DNA from: a virus
Taxonomy: Duplodnaviria > Caudoviricetes
IMG/VR virus record: IMGVR_UViG_2840054979_000001
Location: 34,281-98,280 of that record
Length of the DNA: 64,000 nt
Direction: 5' to 3' (one strand)
Below the pieces are notes generated by a model. That model made no database searches. It was not told where the DNA came from and saw only the letters and a program-made list of their open reading frames with translations. The position numbers and the translations under genes are program-made. Of this stretch, positions 1-9,682 are shown one piece after another; positions within the stretch are counted from its first letter, which is position 1; each line of letters opens with the position of its first letter.

Positions 1-2
1 AC

Positions 3-437
3 GTGTGGGTGGACGACGAGCAGACCTGCCCGCACGACCCGGATGGCCAGCATCACTTCGGCTGCGGCTGCGACTACCAGTCGCCCGACGACGACCCGCC
101 GCCCGGCCTGATCAACTGCGACCGCTGCGGCGAAACGGTGCTCGCGCACCTCGTCGCCACACACCAACAGCTGCACTGCCACGGCGCGTCCGTCGAGCCC
201 GGCCAGTGCTCGTTCCGGTTCGCCAGCGGCGGGTGCTGCACCGAACCCGCGGGCCATGAGCAACAGCCAACACCGAGCGGACATGTCGAACTCATCGCTC
301 CGCTCCGCGTCTGTCGGGACGAGACATGCCCGGAGTGCGGATGGTTCGAGACGTACGGAGAAGCAGGTTCGGCAGGGTTCGAGGGCGGTCCTGTCGCAGT
401 CGGCTGTTCGAGGTGCGGATGGAGGGAAGCGCTGTGA
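3..437 (+). CDS. Cys/His-rich hypothetical phage protein (possibly 5'-truncated)
   Basis: Several CxxC pairs (CDRC, CPEC, CSRC); stop overlaps the next GTG. Confidence 0.55.
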   Translation: MWVDDEQTCPHDPDGQHHFGCGCDYQSPDDDPPPGLINCDRCGETVLAHLVATHQQLHCHGASVEPGQCSFRFASGGCCTEPAGHEQQPTPSGHVELIAPLRVCRDETCPECGWFETYGEAGSAGFEGGPVAVGCSRCGWREAL

Positions 438-1027
438 GCGGCCCGTTCACGTTCGACCTCTTCGCCGCCCGTTTCGACCTCGAGGCGCTTGGCGTCGACG
501 AGATGCCCACGTGGGACGAGTCGCCGGCCCGGATGATTGAGCAGACCTTCTACGACGTCGCCGTCGAAGCCGGCCACCTGGCCGGCCCGGACGGCTGGTC
601 GATCCTGCTGTACCCGCTGATCTACGACTCCGACCCCGACGGTCTGCTTGTCACCGTCGTCCGGCCGAACCCGTTACCCGCGCTGGCGGGCAACCCGAGC
701 GACTGGGACGACTGGCTGCCGAAGGACTCGTCCGCCCGATCATTGTCGGTCGACGAGACGATCGACCTGGTGCAACGCCTGGTCGACGAGGCGAACCGGC
801 TCGTCGCCGACAGCGGCCTCGCGAGGGTTGCCGCGGTCATGGACGAGTCCGCGTTCGACGGGGACGGCTGGAACGGCGGCGACGTGTGCGGCGATCTCGC
901 CGTCATGCTCACCAAGAGCGGCTACTTCGTCGACTGCGCCGAGCACGGCGAGTACTGCGGCCTCGTCAAGCCCGGCTGCCCGCTCTGCACCGGCGACCAG
1001 GAAGAGGACGAGGACGACGACCGGTGA
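434..1027 (+). CDS. hypothetical protein with C-terminal Zn-binding motif and acidic tail
   Basis: GGAGG SD at 421-425, GTGA overlap with upstream stop; CAEH...CPLC. Confidence 0.6.
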   Translation: MSGPFTFDLFAARFDLEALGVDEMPTWDESPARMIEQTFYDVAVEAGHLAGPDGWSILLYPLIYDSDPDGLLVTVVRPNPLPALAGNPSDWDDWLPKDSSARSLSVDETIDLVQRLVDEANRLVADSGLARVAAVMDESAFDGDGWNGGDVCGDLAVMLTKSGYFVDCAEHGEYCGLVKPGCPLCTGDQEEDEDDDR

Positions 1028-1425
1028 TCTACCGGTTCGACGTCGACTGCCCCGCCTGTGGTGCCGACCCGGTCCACGTGACCGGATCGGCACCGCTGCC
1101 CGCGGCGAACCCGAAGTCGTCGGCGATCGTCCGCTGCCCCGCCTGCGACACCGAATGGTTCCTCGAACTCACGTTGGCGTCGATGGCCCGCATCGGCCAC
1201 CGCGAACGCCTCGCCGACCTGCTGCTCGACGAACACATCGCTCGCGCGAACCCCGAACCCGAACCCGTCTTCGACGAGACCGCACCGTTCGCACCGCTGG
1301 TGCTCGCGGTCCTCGAAGCATCCCCCGACACGAAAGATGACGATGTCCACCACCACCACCAAGGCGAAACGCCGCAAGACCGCCGAGCACAGGCCCGCCG
1401 TCAGACGACGCCGATTCCGGCATGA
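1024..1425 (+). CDS. Zn-ribbon hypothetical protein
   Basis: GTGA coupling; two CPAC motifs; 3' end overlaps the methyltransferase ORF. Confidence 0.5.
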   Translation: MIYRFDVDCPACGADPVHVTGSAPLPAANPKSSAIVRCPACDTEWFLELTLASMARIGHRERLADLLLDEHIARANPEPEPVFDETAPFAPLVLAVLEASPDTKDDDVHHHHQGETPQDRRAQARRQTTPIPA

Positions 1426-3319
1426 CGAACTGACCGCCGTCGACCTGTTCTCCGGCTTCGGCGGCCTGACCCGCGGCATCCGCCGGGCCGGCGTGACGAC
1501 GATCATGGCGGCCAACCACAACCCGTACAAGATCGAGGTGCACGAGGCCAACGAACCCGAGTGCGAGCACTGGATCGCCGACCTCGTCGACGAGACGTCG
1601 GGCGACTACCACTCGGCCGCGGACCTGCCGCCGGCCGACATGCTCGTCGCCGGCATCTCGTGTGTGCACCACAGCCAGGCGAACGCGAAGAAGGCGTACG
1701 CACAGGGCCTGAACCTATTCACGATGGACGACCCGGACTGGGAGGCCCGCGTCACCCGCTCCGAACGTGACCGGGCCACCGCGGTCTGTGTGCTGCAGTA
1801 CGCGGAGAAGAACGCACCGCGGGTCATGTTGATCGAATGCACGACCGAACTGACGTCGTGGGGGCCCGCGCTGCCGAACAAGCCGAAGGTCGGCGACGGC
1901 TCGTCGTACCGGTGGTGGCTGAACGAGGTCCACAAGCTCGGCTACCGATCGAAGACGCTGTACCTGAACTCGCAGTTCTTCGGGGTGCCGCAGTCGCGGG
2001 ACCGCATCTACATCTGCTTCTGGCGCAGCGAGCTCCCGACCCCCGATCTGGAGCATCGGCCGCCGTCGTGGTGCTTCCACTGCGACCGTGTCGTCGAGGC
2101 GGTGTGGTCGTGGCGCACCAGGATCCCGCCGACCGGCTCGGTCCGCTACGGAAAGCAGTACGACTACCGATGCCCGTCTTGCAACCACGAGGTGATCCCG
2201 CCGATGACGCCGTCGCTCGCGGCGTTGGACCTGACCGACCTCGGAACCCGGATCGGTGACCGCGACCGGCCGCTCGCCGCGTCGACGATGGCCCGGGCGG
2301 AGCGGTGCCGGCAACGGTTCGCTGACTTCCCGGCCGTGCTGATGCCCGCCAAGGCCCTGCCGCGCGGCTCGGACCGGCACCCCTGGCAGCCGATGGCGAC
2401 ACAGACGTCGCAGCAGGAGACAGCCGTGCTGTCCACCGGCGCCTTGGTGACGGCGGCAGGGAACACGTTCGAGTGGAACGACCGGTCGATGACCCGGATC
2501 CGCCGGTTCGATCAGCCGCTGTGGACCCAACACGCCACCAACGCCGCCGGGCTGCTGACCCCGCCCACCGCGATGGCGCTGATGCCCTATCGCAACGGGA
2601 ATCAGCCAGTGCCGACCGATCAGCCACTGCCGACGCAGGCGTCGCACGAATCGATGGCGGTCGTCTCGGCGCCGCTGGCGAACCGGACGAACGCCACCCC
2701 GACCGACCCGACCGAGCCGATGCCGACGCTCGTTGGCGGCGCCGGCTCCGGTGGCGTCGGCGTCATCTCGTCAGGCGTCCTGCCGTTCCGTGCGAACACG
2801 ATCCCGCCGACGCACGGCGAGCCGATGCCGACGTTCACGTCGGAACAGGTGCCCGGCGTGCTGACCGCCGCCGGCGTCATCAAGAACAACGGCGCGATCG
2901 GCGAAGCCCAGTACCGGGCGCGTCCGGTCGACGAGCCGCTCGGCACGGTCGTCGGGTCCGGCAACAGCAAGGGGCTGCTGTTCTCCGGCTGGTTCAAGCA
3001 GAACGGCGGTCCCGCGGACACGGCACCGCACCCGATGTCGGACCCGTGGGGCACGCTCACCTCGCGCGACACGACCGGTCTGCTGATGGCCGACTGGCGG
3101 GCGCAGCTGGCCGACCTGCCGCTCGAGGACTGCTACTTCCGCATGATGTTCGCCCACGAGGTCGGCGTCGGCTGCGGCTTCGACGTCGACCATCCGGCGT
3201 ACGGCGATGGTGGCTTCATCGTGTGGGGCTCGACCCGTGACCAGGTCGACGGGTTCGGCAACGCGGTTTCGCCGCAGGTCGGTGAGTTCATCGGTGGCCG
3301 GTTGAGGGCGATCCTGTGA
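1337..3319 (+). CDS. C5 DNA cytosine methyltransferase (long actinophage type with repeated TRD-like region)
   Basis: Motif I DLFSGFGG, motif IV AGISC, motif VIII PQSRDRIY, motif X GNAVSP; internal Zn ribbon and 'P.PT' repeats. Confidence 0.9.
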   Translation: MTMSTTTTKAKRRKTAEHRPAVRRRRFRHDELTAVDLFSGFGGLTRGIRRAGVTTIMAANHNPYKIEVHEANEPECEHWIADLVDETSGDYHSAADLPPADMLVAGISCVHHSQANAKKAYAQGLNLFTMDDPDWEARVTRSERDRATAVCVLQYAEKNAPRVMLIECTTELTSWGPALPNKPKVGDGSSYRWWLNEVHKLGYRSKTLYLNSQFFGVPQSRDRIYICFWRSELPTPDLEHRPPSWCFHCDRVVEAVWSWRTRIPPTGSVRYGKQYDYRCPSCNHEVIPPMTPSLAALDLTDLGTRIGDRDRPLAASTMARAERCRQRFADFPAVLMPAKALPRGSDRHPWQPMATQTSQQETAVLSTGALVTAAGNTFEWNDRSMTRIRRFDQPLWTQHATNAAGLLTPPTAMALMPYRNGNQPVPTDQPLPTQASHESMAVVSAPLANRTNATPTDPTEPMPTLVGGAGSGGVGVISSGVLPFRANTIPPTHGEPMPTFTSEQVPGVLTAAGVIKNNGAIGEAQYRARPVDEPLGTVVGSGNSKGLLFSGWFKQNGGPADTAPHPMSDPWGTLTSRDTTGLLMADWRAQLADLPLEDCYFRMMFAHEVGVGCGFDVDHPAYGDGGFIVWGSTRDQVDGFGNAVSPQVGEFIGGRLRAIL

Positions 3320-3627
3320 GCCCGTGCACGCAGTGCGGCCGCGAGTTCGAGCGGCCCAGTCGACGGGGCCCGGCACCGCAGTACTGCTCGCCGGCGTGCC
3401 GCCAGGCCGCTCACCGCGAACGAAAGACGGAGCCGCCGCTGACGCAGTGGCGTCGCCACCTGATGGAGCTCGGCGAGTTCATGGAAACGATCCAGGACTC
3501 CGTTGCCGGCTACCGCTCCGCCCTCCAACGCCTCCAATACCCGAGCGTCGTGGTCGACCAGATGTCGGTCGCCTACCACGCCTTCGTCCTCGACATGGTC
3601 GTCAGACAGATGGGAGCAACGAAATGA
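3316..3627 (+). CDS. Zn-finger hypothetical protein
   Basis: CTQCG...RGPAPQYCSPACRQAAHRER, a common actinophage Zn-finger pattern; coupled start. Confidence 0.7.
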   Translation: MSPCTQCGREFERPSRRGPAPQYCSPACRQAAHRERKTEPPLTQWRRHLMELGEFMETIQDSVAGYRSALQRLQYPSVVVDQMSVAYHAFVLDMVVRQMGATK

Positions 3628-4142
3628 GACAGTCCCCGAAAGACGGCGCCCTGATGCCCGAGCGCGGGTTCTCGAAGGCGTCGAACCGGCAGTCGTCGAT
3701 GCTGCCCGACGGCGCGACGGGCTGGGTGTCGCACGACGGCCTGCTGGTCCTGTCGACGTGCGCAGTGATGGAGCTTCCTGGCCAACCGGACGGCGTCAAC
3801 GGCCTCACGTGGTTCCTGTCGGTGTCGCGCCTCGATGGCGACACGACCGAGGCCCGCCGAGCATCAGACGACGAGATGGCCAGGGTCGTCGAGTGCTTCG
3901 ATCTGCCGGCGTTCGACGAGGACAACCACTTTCCCGGTGTCAGCCGCGGGCTGTTCTGTCCGATCGACCCGCAGTACCGGGCGGCCTGCGATTGCAAGAT
4001 CACCGAGACGGTCGTCGTCGAGCCGGACGGCTTCGAGTGGACGAACCCGACCGACGGCGAATGCCGCGGCTGCAGCTACGAGCACGCCGCGGCCCGGTTC
4101 GGCCAGACGTCGCCGTGCCCGATCCACGGGCCCGGCCAGTGA
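3624..4142 (+). CDS. hypothetical protein, Cys-rich C-terminus
   Basis: ATGA coupling, GGAG SD, phage-like codon usage. Confidence 0.6.
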   Translation: MRQSPKDGALMPERGFSKASNRQSSMLPDGATGWVSHDGLLVLSTCAVMELPGQPDGVNGLTWFLSVSRLDGDTTEARRASDDEMARVVECFDLPAFDEDNHFPGVSRGLFCPIDPQYRAACDCKITETVVVEPDGFEWTNPTDGECRGCSYEHAAARFGQTSPCPIHGPGQ

Positions 4143-4435
4143 CCGCCCGACGCGGCCCGGCACCGCTGTTCCGGCTGCCGTTCGAACCGCTGGCCCGGAT
4201 CGTCGACGTCCGCTACCGCGGCGTGTGCCGAGAGGGGCAGGGCTGGCAGGAGCTCACGCCGGCCACGGTGTTCTGCGAGGCGTTGGACGTGCACCCGCAG
4301 AAGTTCGCCCGGTGGAGGGCGAAAGGCTTGACGGTCGACGACGCGGATGACATCGCGGTGCGGTTGGGGATGCATCCGGCGTCGATCTGGCCCGAGTGGT
4401 GGTCGATCCCGATCGACGAGGACGTCGCGGCGTGA
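4139..4435 (+). CDS. HTH DNA-binding protein (Ner-like C-terminus)
   Basis: ADDIAVRLGMHPASIWPEWW resembles Ner/Cro-like HTH tails; GTGA coupling. Confidence 0.6.
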   Translation: MTARRGPAPLFRLPFEPLARIVDVRYRGVCREGQGWQELTPATVFCEALDVHPQKFARWRAKGLTVDDADDIAVRLGMHPASIWPEWWSIPIDEDVAA

Positions 4436-4448
4436 CGTCGGCGAACTG

Positions 4449-4480
4449 TGTGACACCCTGTCGGTACGGTGGGTTCGGTG
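4449..4480 (+). promoter_or_regulatory. class II ('TGTCACCCC-box') promoter variant, leaderless
   Basis: TGTGACACC-N7-TACGGT-N7-GTG. Confidence 0.55.
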
Positions 4481-4717
4481 AGCAGGTCTGGCGAGATGTT
4501 GGCGGCGATTCATGCCGGCAAGGTGACCGCCGCGGCCGACGGCTCGTTCCAGATGTGGAAGACGGCGACGCTGTCATCACCCGTGACCCGGCATGTCGCG
4601 CCGCTTGTCGACGCGGGCCTCGTTCTTGTCGCCGGCACGACGGTCGAGTTGACCGAGGATGGGCGGGCAATCGTCGACGAGGCTCTGGCTCGGCTGGCCG
4701 ACCGGCTCGACACATAG
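4478..4717 (+). CDS. small winged-helix-like hypothetical protein
   Basis: LVDAGLV...VELTEDGRAIV wHTH-like wing; leaderless GTG. Confidence 0.5.
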   Translation: MSRSGEMLAAIHAGKVTAAADGSFQMWKTATLSSPVTRHVAPLVDAGLVLVAGTTVELTEDGRAIVDEALARLADRLDT

Positions 4718-4726
4718 CGGCGAGGT

Positions 4727-4758
4727 TGTCACCCCCGGCGTTCACAATCAGCGGCATG
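4727..4758 (+). promoter_or_regulatory. class II box promoter, leaderless
   Basis: TGTCACCCC-N7-CACAAT-N7-ATG. Confidence 0.65.
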
Positions 4759-5055
4759 AACAACCTCATGAAGTCCACCGCCCTGGCAGCGCTCGCTGTC
4801 GGGTCGTTCGTTGCTGTCAACGCCGCCGGCGGCGGTTCGGCGTCGGCTCTCGCGCCGTGCGCTGACAGCAACGGCTCCGCTCCGGGTGGTTCCGTGTATT
4901 TCACGGCCGCTTGGTACCGGTCGGGCGCGCCGGCGCCGTGCACGGTGACTCCGCCGCAACGGCTCCACATCACGGGGCTGACCGCTGCCGAGTGCGCCAC
5001 CGCGGGCGGCAGCTATCAGGCGTCGCCGCCGATCTGCTGGGACATCGACCTCTGA
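4756..5055 (+). CDS. small secreted Cys-containing protein
   Basis: N-terminal signal peptide (MNNLMKSTALAALAVGSFVAV...ASA), 4 Cys. Confidence 0.65.
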   Translation: MNNLMKSTALAALAVGSFVAVNAAGGGSASALAPCADSNGSAPGGSVYFTAAWYRSGAPAPCTVTPPQRLHITGLTAAECATAGGSYQASPPICWDIDL

Positions 5056-5117
5056 GCCCGAGGTAGCGCTGGCGGGCGGCTGGCAGCCATCGGGGTCCGA
5101 GGCCCCGACGCCCACGA

Positions 5118-5160
5118 CACCGGGAGGGAAGCCCGGTGCATGACGAAAGGATCCACGATG
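5118..5160 (+). promoter_or_regulatory. AGGGAAG-loop leader hairpin + RBS, copy 1
   Basis: CACCGGG-AGGGAAG-CCCGGTG...GAAAGGATCC..ATG. Confidence 0.8.
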
Positions 5161-5622
5161 ACCCGTACCCGCAATTTCGACGTCGACACGCCCGAGGGCC
5201 AGGCGAACGTCGCCCGCGCGATCGGCAAGGCAGTGGCGACCGTGATCGTCGCGATCGTCTTGGTGATCGTCGGCTGGAAGGTCGTGTCGCCGAAGCTGAA
5301 CCTGTACCGCAGCAACACCGAGAAGCAGTCGGTGATCGCCGAGCAGGAAGCCATCAGCCAGGCGGAGGTGTACGCCGCTCAGAAGCGCGTCACCGCGGCG
5401 GAGGCCGAGGCCGAGGCGCGCATCATCGAGGCCGAGTCGATCGCCGAGTCGCAGCGCATCATCTCTGAGACGTTGACGCCGGAGTATCTGACGTGGCGGT
5501 TCTACGAGGTGCTGGCCACGACGGAGAACGAGATCATCTACGTGCCGACCGAGGCGGGGCTGCCCATCTTGGAGGCCGCACGCAACACGCCGCCTGTCGT
5601 CGTGGAGTCCGACAATGGGTGA
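5158..5622 (+). CDS. single-TM protein with SPFH/band-7-like C-terminal coiled coil
   Basis: TM helix, AEAEAEA coiled coil, LTPEYLTW...IYVPTEAGLPI tail. Confidence 0.65.
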   Translation: MTRTRNFDVDTPEGQANVARAIGKAVATVIVAIVLVIVGWKVVSPKLNLYRSNTEKQSVIAEQEAISQAEVYAAQKRVTAAEAEAEARIIEAESIAESQRIISETLTPEYLTWRFYEVLATTENEIIYVPTEAGLPILEAARNTPPVVVESDNG

Positions 5623-5890
5623 CGCCCCGGTTCCGTCTGACTACGTGAAGTCGTTCATCGGTCGGACCGTGACGATCGAGTCGAGCCGCAAGGCGCACAA
5701 CGCGACGGGTCGGATCGACGGGGTCCGGTGGGATGGCTGCTCGATCCGCACGGAGCGTGGCGATTTCCCCGGCGTGGCGTTCCTGATCAAACCGGAGGAC
5801 GGCCGCCGCGCGTTCTGGTCGACGGCGTTCCCCGACTACGGCGAACCCGTCGACGCCAAGGCGAAGGAGTCGGCCGATGTCGGCGGCTGA
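5615..5890 (+). CDS. hypothetical protein
   Basis: Overlapping ORF in operon, GGAG SD. Confidence 0.55.
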   Translation: MGDAPVPSDYVKSFIGRTVTIESSRKAHNATGRIDGVRWDGCSIRTERGDFPGVAFLIKPEDGRRAFWSTAFPDYGEPVDAKAKESADVGG

Positions 5891-6254
5891 GGACTACCCG
5901 AACCTGGCGTCGATCGCCGACAACAAGCGCCACGTGAATCCGGCGATCCCGGAGCAGTGCCGTGACGCGCTCGCCGAGCTCGACAAGCTTCGTGGCGACG
6001 TCGCCAATCTGCTCGCCCAAGCCGCGACGGCGGCGAGAACGATCGCCGTCACCCGGTTCGTCGCCGACCACTGGCGCGAGGCGCTGAACGCTTCGAACAG
6101 CAGTCGGCTGTGTGCCCATCCGTTGTGCATGGTGCTCCACGCTCTCGATGGCGAGACCGACCCGGTGCAGATGGGCATCGAACACGACGCTCACGCCGCG
6201 CTCGCTGCCGTGGTGGCGCGGCCGCCGTGGCCCGCTGAGGCGGTGACCGAGTGA
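5877..6254 (+). CDS. hypothetical protein
   Basis: AAGGAG SD upstream, operon context. Confidence 0.6.
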   Translation: MSAAEDYPNLASIADNKRHVNPAIPEQCRDALAELDKLRGDVANLLAQAATAARTIAVTRFVADHWREALNASNSSRLCAHPLCMVLHALDGETDPVQMGIEHDAHAALAAVVARPPWPAEAVTE

Positions 6255-6476
6255 ACGTGGACGGCCAGACGTGGAAGTGGCCGACGCTGTGAGCGGCAAG
6301 GCCCGCGACGTGTTCTACGGCCGCCGCGGAGGCCACTGGATCGACGGCGACCTGCCCGCGCCACCATCACCGTGCGACGTGTGCGGCGGCCCGGTGTACG
6401 GCCACACCGGTTCGGGCCTCCCACTCCACCAGGACTGTCGGCCAGCGCCGCCACCAGACGCACAAGGAAGCCTTCT

Positions 6477-7298
6477 ATGACCCAACTGACCTGCCTTAGC
6501 CTCTGGCAGCCATACGCCACGCTGCTGGTCCTCGACAACCCGGCAACCGGAGACCCGTTCAAGGAGATCGAGACCCGCCCGATGCCCCCGTGGAAGACGC
6601 CCGGCTACCGGACGTTCCCCGGCGCGGCGCCGAAGCCTGGCGACTGGATCGGCATCCACGCCACCGCTCGCCACGCCCGCGAACGCGAGCTCGACCAGTT
6701 GAACAACGCGGTCGGGGACCTGCCGATCCACTTCTCGACTGAGGACACCCGTGATGGCCTGATGCTCGCGGTCCGTGACGACGAGGTCGAGACTGCGTTC
6801 GAACCCGGAGCGTGGACGTCGGGGAACACGCACGGCTATTGGGCGCCGTACAGCGCCCTGGTCGGCACGGCTCGCATCGTCGGCGCGGTCCCGATGGTCC
6901 GTCCCGGCCAACGGTCGACGCCGGAGCATGTGTCGATCGCCGAGGACGGCGACGGTGTGACGCTGCTGCGTTGGAAGTTCGACGGCGTGGGCCAGTCCGC
7001 CGATCTGGTCGAGTGTGAACCGATCGGCCACGAGTACCCGTTCGGCTGGTACGAGCCGGGCAGGTGGGCGTGGATCCTCGAGGACGCCAAGTCGGTGCTC
7101 GAACGGTGCCCGCGATGCATGGACTCTGGACGGGTGCCGGACGATCGGCCCGAGGCGCCGCGGGGCCTACACGGCCATCTGCAGGCGTGGATGCCGTGTT
7201 CTGTCTGCGAGGGCGCAGGCCGGCTCGCCCGATACCCGACGGTGGCGGGCCGGCAGGGCTGGTGGCGTCTCGATCTCGACACGCTGGCGGTGGCGTGA
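6477..7298 (+). CDS. ASCH-domain protein with C-terminal Zn ribbon
   Basis: LSLWQPYATL...KEIETR...IGIHA...GRWAWIL...GRQGWW ASCH signature; AAGGA SD. Confidence 0.8.
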   Translation: MTQLTCLSLWQPYATLLVLDNPATGDPFKEIETRPMPPWKTPGYRTFPGAAPKPGDWIGIHATARHARERELDQLNNAVGDLPIHFSTEDTRDGLMLAVRDDEVETAFEPGAWTSGNTHGYWAPYSALVGTARIVGAVPMVRPGQRSTPEHVSIAEDGDGVTLLRWKFDGVGQSADLVECEPIGHEYPFGWYEPGRWAWILEDAKSVLERCPRCMDSGRVPDDRPEAPRGLHGHLQAWMPCSVCEGAGRLARYPTVAGRQGWWRLDLDTLAVA

Positions 7299-7502
7299 TG
7301 CCCGGCGAGTTGGAGGCGTTGCGTGACTGGAAGCGCAGCGCGCTCGTGGTGCTTGCCGAGTGGGAGGCCGTGTTCGATGCTGCGGGCCGGCCGGGCCCGG
7401 TGGGACGCTCGAAGGCGGCGAACACGAACGCGGAGGTGCTGCGCCTCCGAGCGGAGAACAGCGTGCTGGCCGCTGCGCTCGCAGACCGAGGGGATGGCGA
7501 CG

Positions 7503-8117
7503 ATGGGTGAGATGCGTTGCCCTCACTGCCGGTCGAGCGATGTGTGGTGCTCCCGGGAGTGCACCAGCGAGCGGCCGCACATGCACTACTGCAAGACGTG
7601 CGGCTACGACGGCACGACCCCGGTCGACCGGCCGCGCCGGATCCGTCTGCGTCGAACGAAGGGCTGGCGAAAGCCCGACGGCGCCGTGGTCGTCGCGCGG
7701 CCGTCGAGGTGGGGCAACCCGTTCCGTCTCGGCACCCCGCACGGCCTCGTCCGCTATGGGCCCCGTCACCTCGAACGGTTCGGGCGGGCATGGGACTACG
7801 AGGGCCGGATCAGCGCGGACGGGAACCGGCACGACATGTGGTTCGCTGCGGACGACATCGTCGAGACCTATGTCCGCTACGCCACCGCGGCCGAGGCGGT
7901 CGAACTGTTCCGCCTGACGCTGACCGCACCCACGCCCGCGATGCTGATGGCCTTCCCGTCCGGTGGCGGCCACTTGGCCCGCTTCACCGTCGACGACGTC
8001 GCCCAGCTGGCCGGCCACGACCTCGCGTGCTGGTGTCCGTTCGACCAGCCCTGCCACGCCGACGTCCTGCTCGAGCTCGCCAACCTGGCGACTCCGGTCG
8101 AGCAGAATGTGTGCTGA
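7503..8117 (+). CDS. DUF4326-family protein with N-terminal Zn ribbon
   Basis: RRTKGWRKP..VVVARPSRWGNPF and LAGHDLACWCP..PCHADVLLELAN. Confidence 0.8.
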   Translation: MGEMRCPHCRSSDVWCSRECTSERPHMHYCKTCGYDGTTPVDRPRRIRLRRTKGWRKPDGAVVVARPSRWGNPFRLGTPHGLVRYGPRHLERFGRAWDYEGRISADGNRHDMWFAADDIVETYVRYATAAEAVELFRLTLTAPTPAMLMAFPSGGGHLARFTVDDVAQLAGHDLACWCPFDQPCHADVLLELANLATPVEQNVC

Positions 8118-8971
8118 TGGCTCGACTCTTCGACAAGGCCTTGGCATACCGGCCACCGAGTGGCAACAACCGCAACCTCTTCACCGAACTACAGGAAGGC
8201 TTGCAGTGGGCGACACCGTTGGTCTGCGATGACCTTCTCCCGTACGCCCCCGACGACACTGACTTCTCGGCTCTGTCGGGCGTACGCGTGCCCTGGCCGC
8301 TCGCATTCGTTGAGTGGCGCAACAATCAGGGGATCGAGCTGGGGGTCACCGCCTTCGAGGTCGATGCGGACGTCGTGCACGGCGGCCCGCCACCGAATGG
8401 CGCGACGCGAACGATCGTGATGCGGGGCATGTCAGCCCGACGGAAGTCTGACCAAGTGCTGGCGTGGGCGGACGGCATCGACATTGATGTCACTGAGAAC
8501 GGCGACGTTGTGGACTACAACATCCGGTTTCTCGATCCCGACTTTGAACGCGACCTCGCTGCCGACCCCGATAGAGCGAAGACGATGATCAGAGATCTGA
8601 TCGGCATCGCACATCTTGCGGGCTGGTTCCTGATGGCGGCAAACGCCAAGAACATTGAGATCGAACCGGTGGAGCCGTCAGCTGGCCTGTCTCGGAACTG
8701 GCGGCGCAAGACCGGGCAGCCCTTGCACAGCTACAACCGGGTGCTGCTGCCGCACGATGCCCGTAGCGGGTCGTCTCGCCGATCGGGCGGCGCGCCGGCT
8801 CCGTTGGAGATCGTCAAAGGTCACTTCAAGACCTACGACGATCAACGTCCCCTGTTCGGGAAGCTGACCGGAACGTGGTGGTGGGCGCCGTTCGCTCGTG
8901 GCGACGCATCGGCCGGGGTTCGGGAGCACGACTACGCATTCGGGCCTGAGGCACCAGACGGCAACAGCTGA
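8117..8971 (+). CDS. conserved phage hypothetical protein
   Basis: TGATG coupling; C-terminal VKGHFK...WWAPFARG motif seen in phage proteins; more AT-rich codons. Confidence 0.65.
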   Translation: MARLFDKALAYRPPSGNNRNLFTELQEGLQWATPLVCDDLLPYAPDDTDFSALSGVRVPWPLAFVEWRNNQGIELGVTAFEVDADVVHGGPPPNGATRTIVMRGMSARRKSDQVLAWADGIDIDVTENGDVVDYNIRFLDPDFERDLAADPDRAKTMIRDLIGIAHLAGWFLMAANAKNIEIEPVEPSAGLSRNWRRKTGQPLHSYNRVLLPHDARSGSSRRSGGAPAPLEIVKGHFKTYDDQRPLFGKLTGTWWWAPFARGDASAGVREHDYAFGPEAPDGNS

Positions 8972-8975
8972 GCTC

Positions 8976-9052
8976 TGTCACCCCGCCGTCGCAAAGTCGA
9001 TGGCATGAAGCTTCGTGTCCAGGCCGACGTGAACGGCGCCGTGAACCGGTGA
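8976..9052 (+). pseudogene. class II promoter plus truncated 15-codon copy of the 10067 gene start
   Basis: TGTCACCCC-N7-CAAAGT-N7-ATG; MKLRVQADVNGAVNR* vs MTLRVQVDVNGTVLA. Confidence 0.6.
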
Positions 9053-9058
9053 CCGACC

Positions 9059-9262
9059 ATGATCGTCGCGCGGCTGTGGGCCGATCACGTCCGGGAGTGT
9101 GACCCGATCGCCACGATCGAGATCGCTGAGGCGCCGTTGGAGCTCGTGGTGCCGTCGGATCTCGGGTTGAACGCTGTGTACACGCTGCGGTCGAAGGTTG
9201 TGCCGGATTGGACGGGTCGGACGCCGGCGTCGGCCGACTACGAGTTCGACCACATCGCCTGA
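9059..9262 (+). CDS. hypothetical protein
   Basis: Short ORF with phage-like codon usage. Confidence 0.4.
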   Translation: MIVARLWADHVRECDPIATIEIAEAPLELVVPSDLGLNAVYTLRSKVVPDWTGRTPASADYEFDHIA

Positions 9263-9268
9263 TCGAGT

Positions 9269-9568
9269 TCAGTGGATCTCGTCATGAAGAACGAATGCGG
9301 CGATCGCCGCAGCTAGTAGCAGACCCGCCGTACCGATGGCTGTCCAGTTGTGCGAGGGGGCCGGATCTCGATCAGCGAGTGCCACCATCGATTGCACGAT
9401 GACCGCCGCCGGACCGACAGTGAGGTAGGCGAAGGCCAGCCCCCGAACGATGCCTGGCCTGTCGTTGGGAGTCTTCGCGGCGCGCTGAATGAGCAGAAGT
9501 GAGACCGCCAGGAAGACGGCCGAGATGGCAGCGGCGGTTGCCCAAAACTCCGGGTTCGACTCGGTCAT
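9269..9568 (-). CDS. small multi-pass membrane protein (moron-like)
   Basis: Three hydrophobic helices; opposite strand to neighbours. Confidence 0.6.
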   Translation of the reverse strand: MTESNPEFWATAAAISAVFLAVSLLLIQRAAKTPNDRPGIVRGLAFAYLTVGPAAVIVQSMVALADRDPAPSHNWTAIGTAGLLLAAAIAAFVLHDEIH

Positions 9569-9649
9569 CACGCCGGCAGCATTGCAGACCGTGATGTCGG
9601 ATGAGCACTGGTTCGTCGCCGCGCGATGGGGCGGACGCCGGCTCAGCGC

Positions 9650-9682
9650 TGTGACACCCAATCCGTAGAGTCCTGGCCCATG
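9650..9682 (+). promoter_or_regulatory. class II promoter variant, leaderless
   Basis: TGTGACACC-N7-TAGAGT-N8-ATG. Confidence 0.55.

Noticed and set aside
421-430. GGAGGGAAGC resembling the leader loop
   Set aside because: No closing stem and no GAAAGGA; best explained as the SD for GTG 434.
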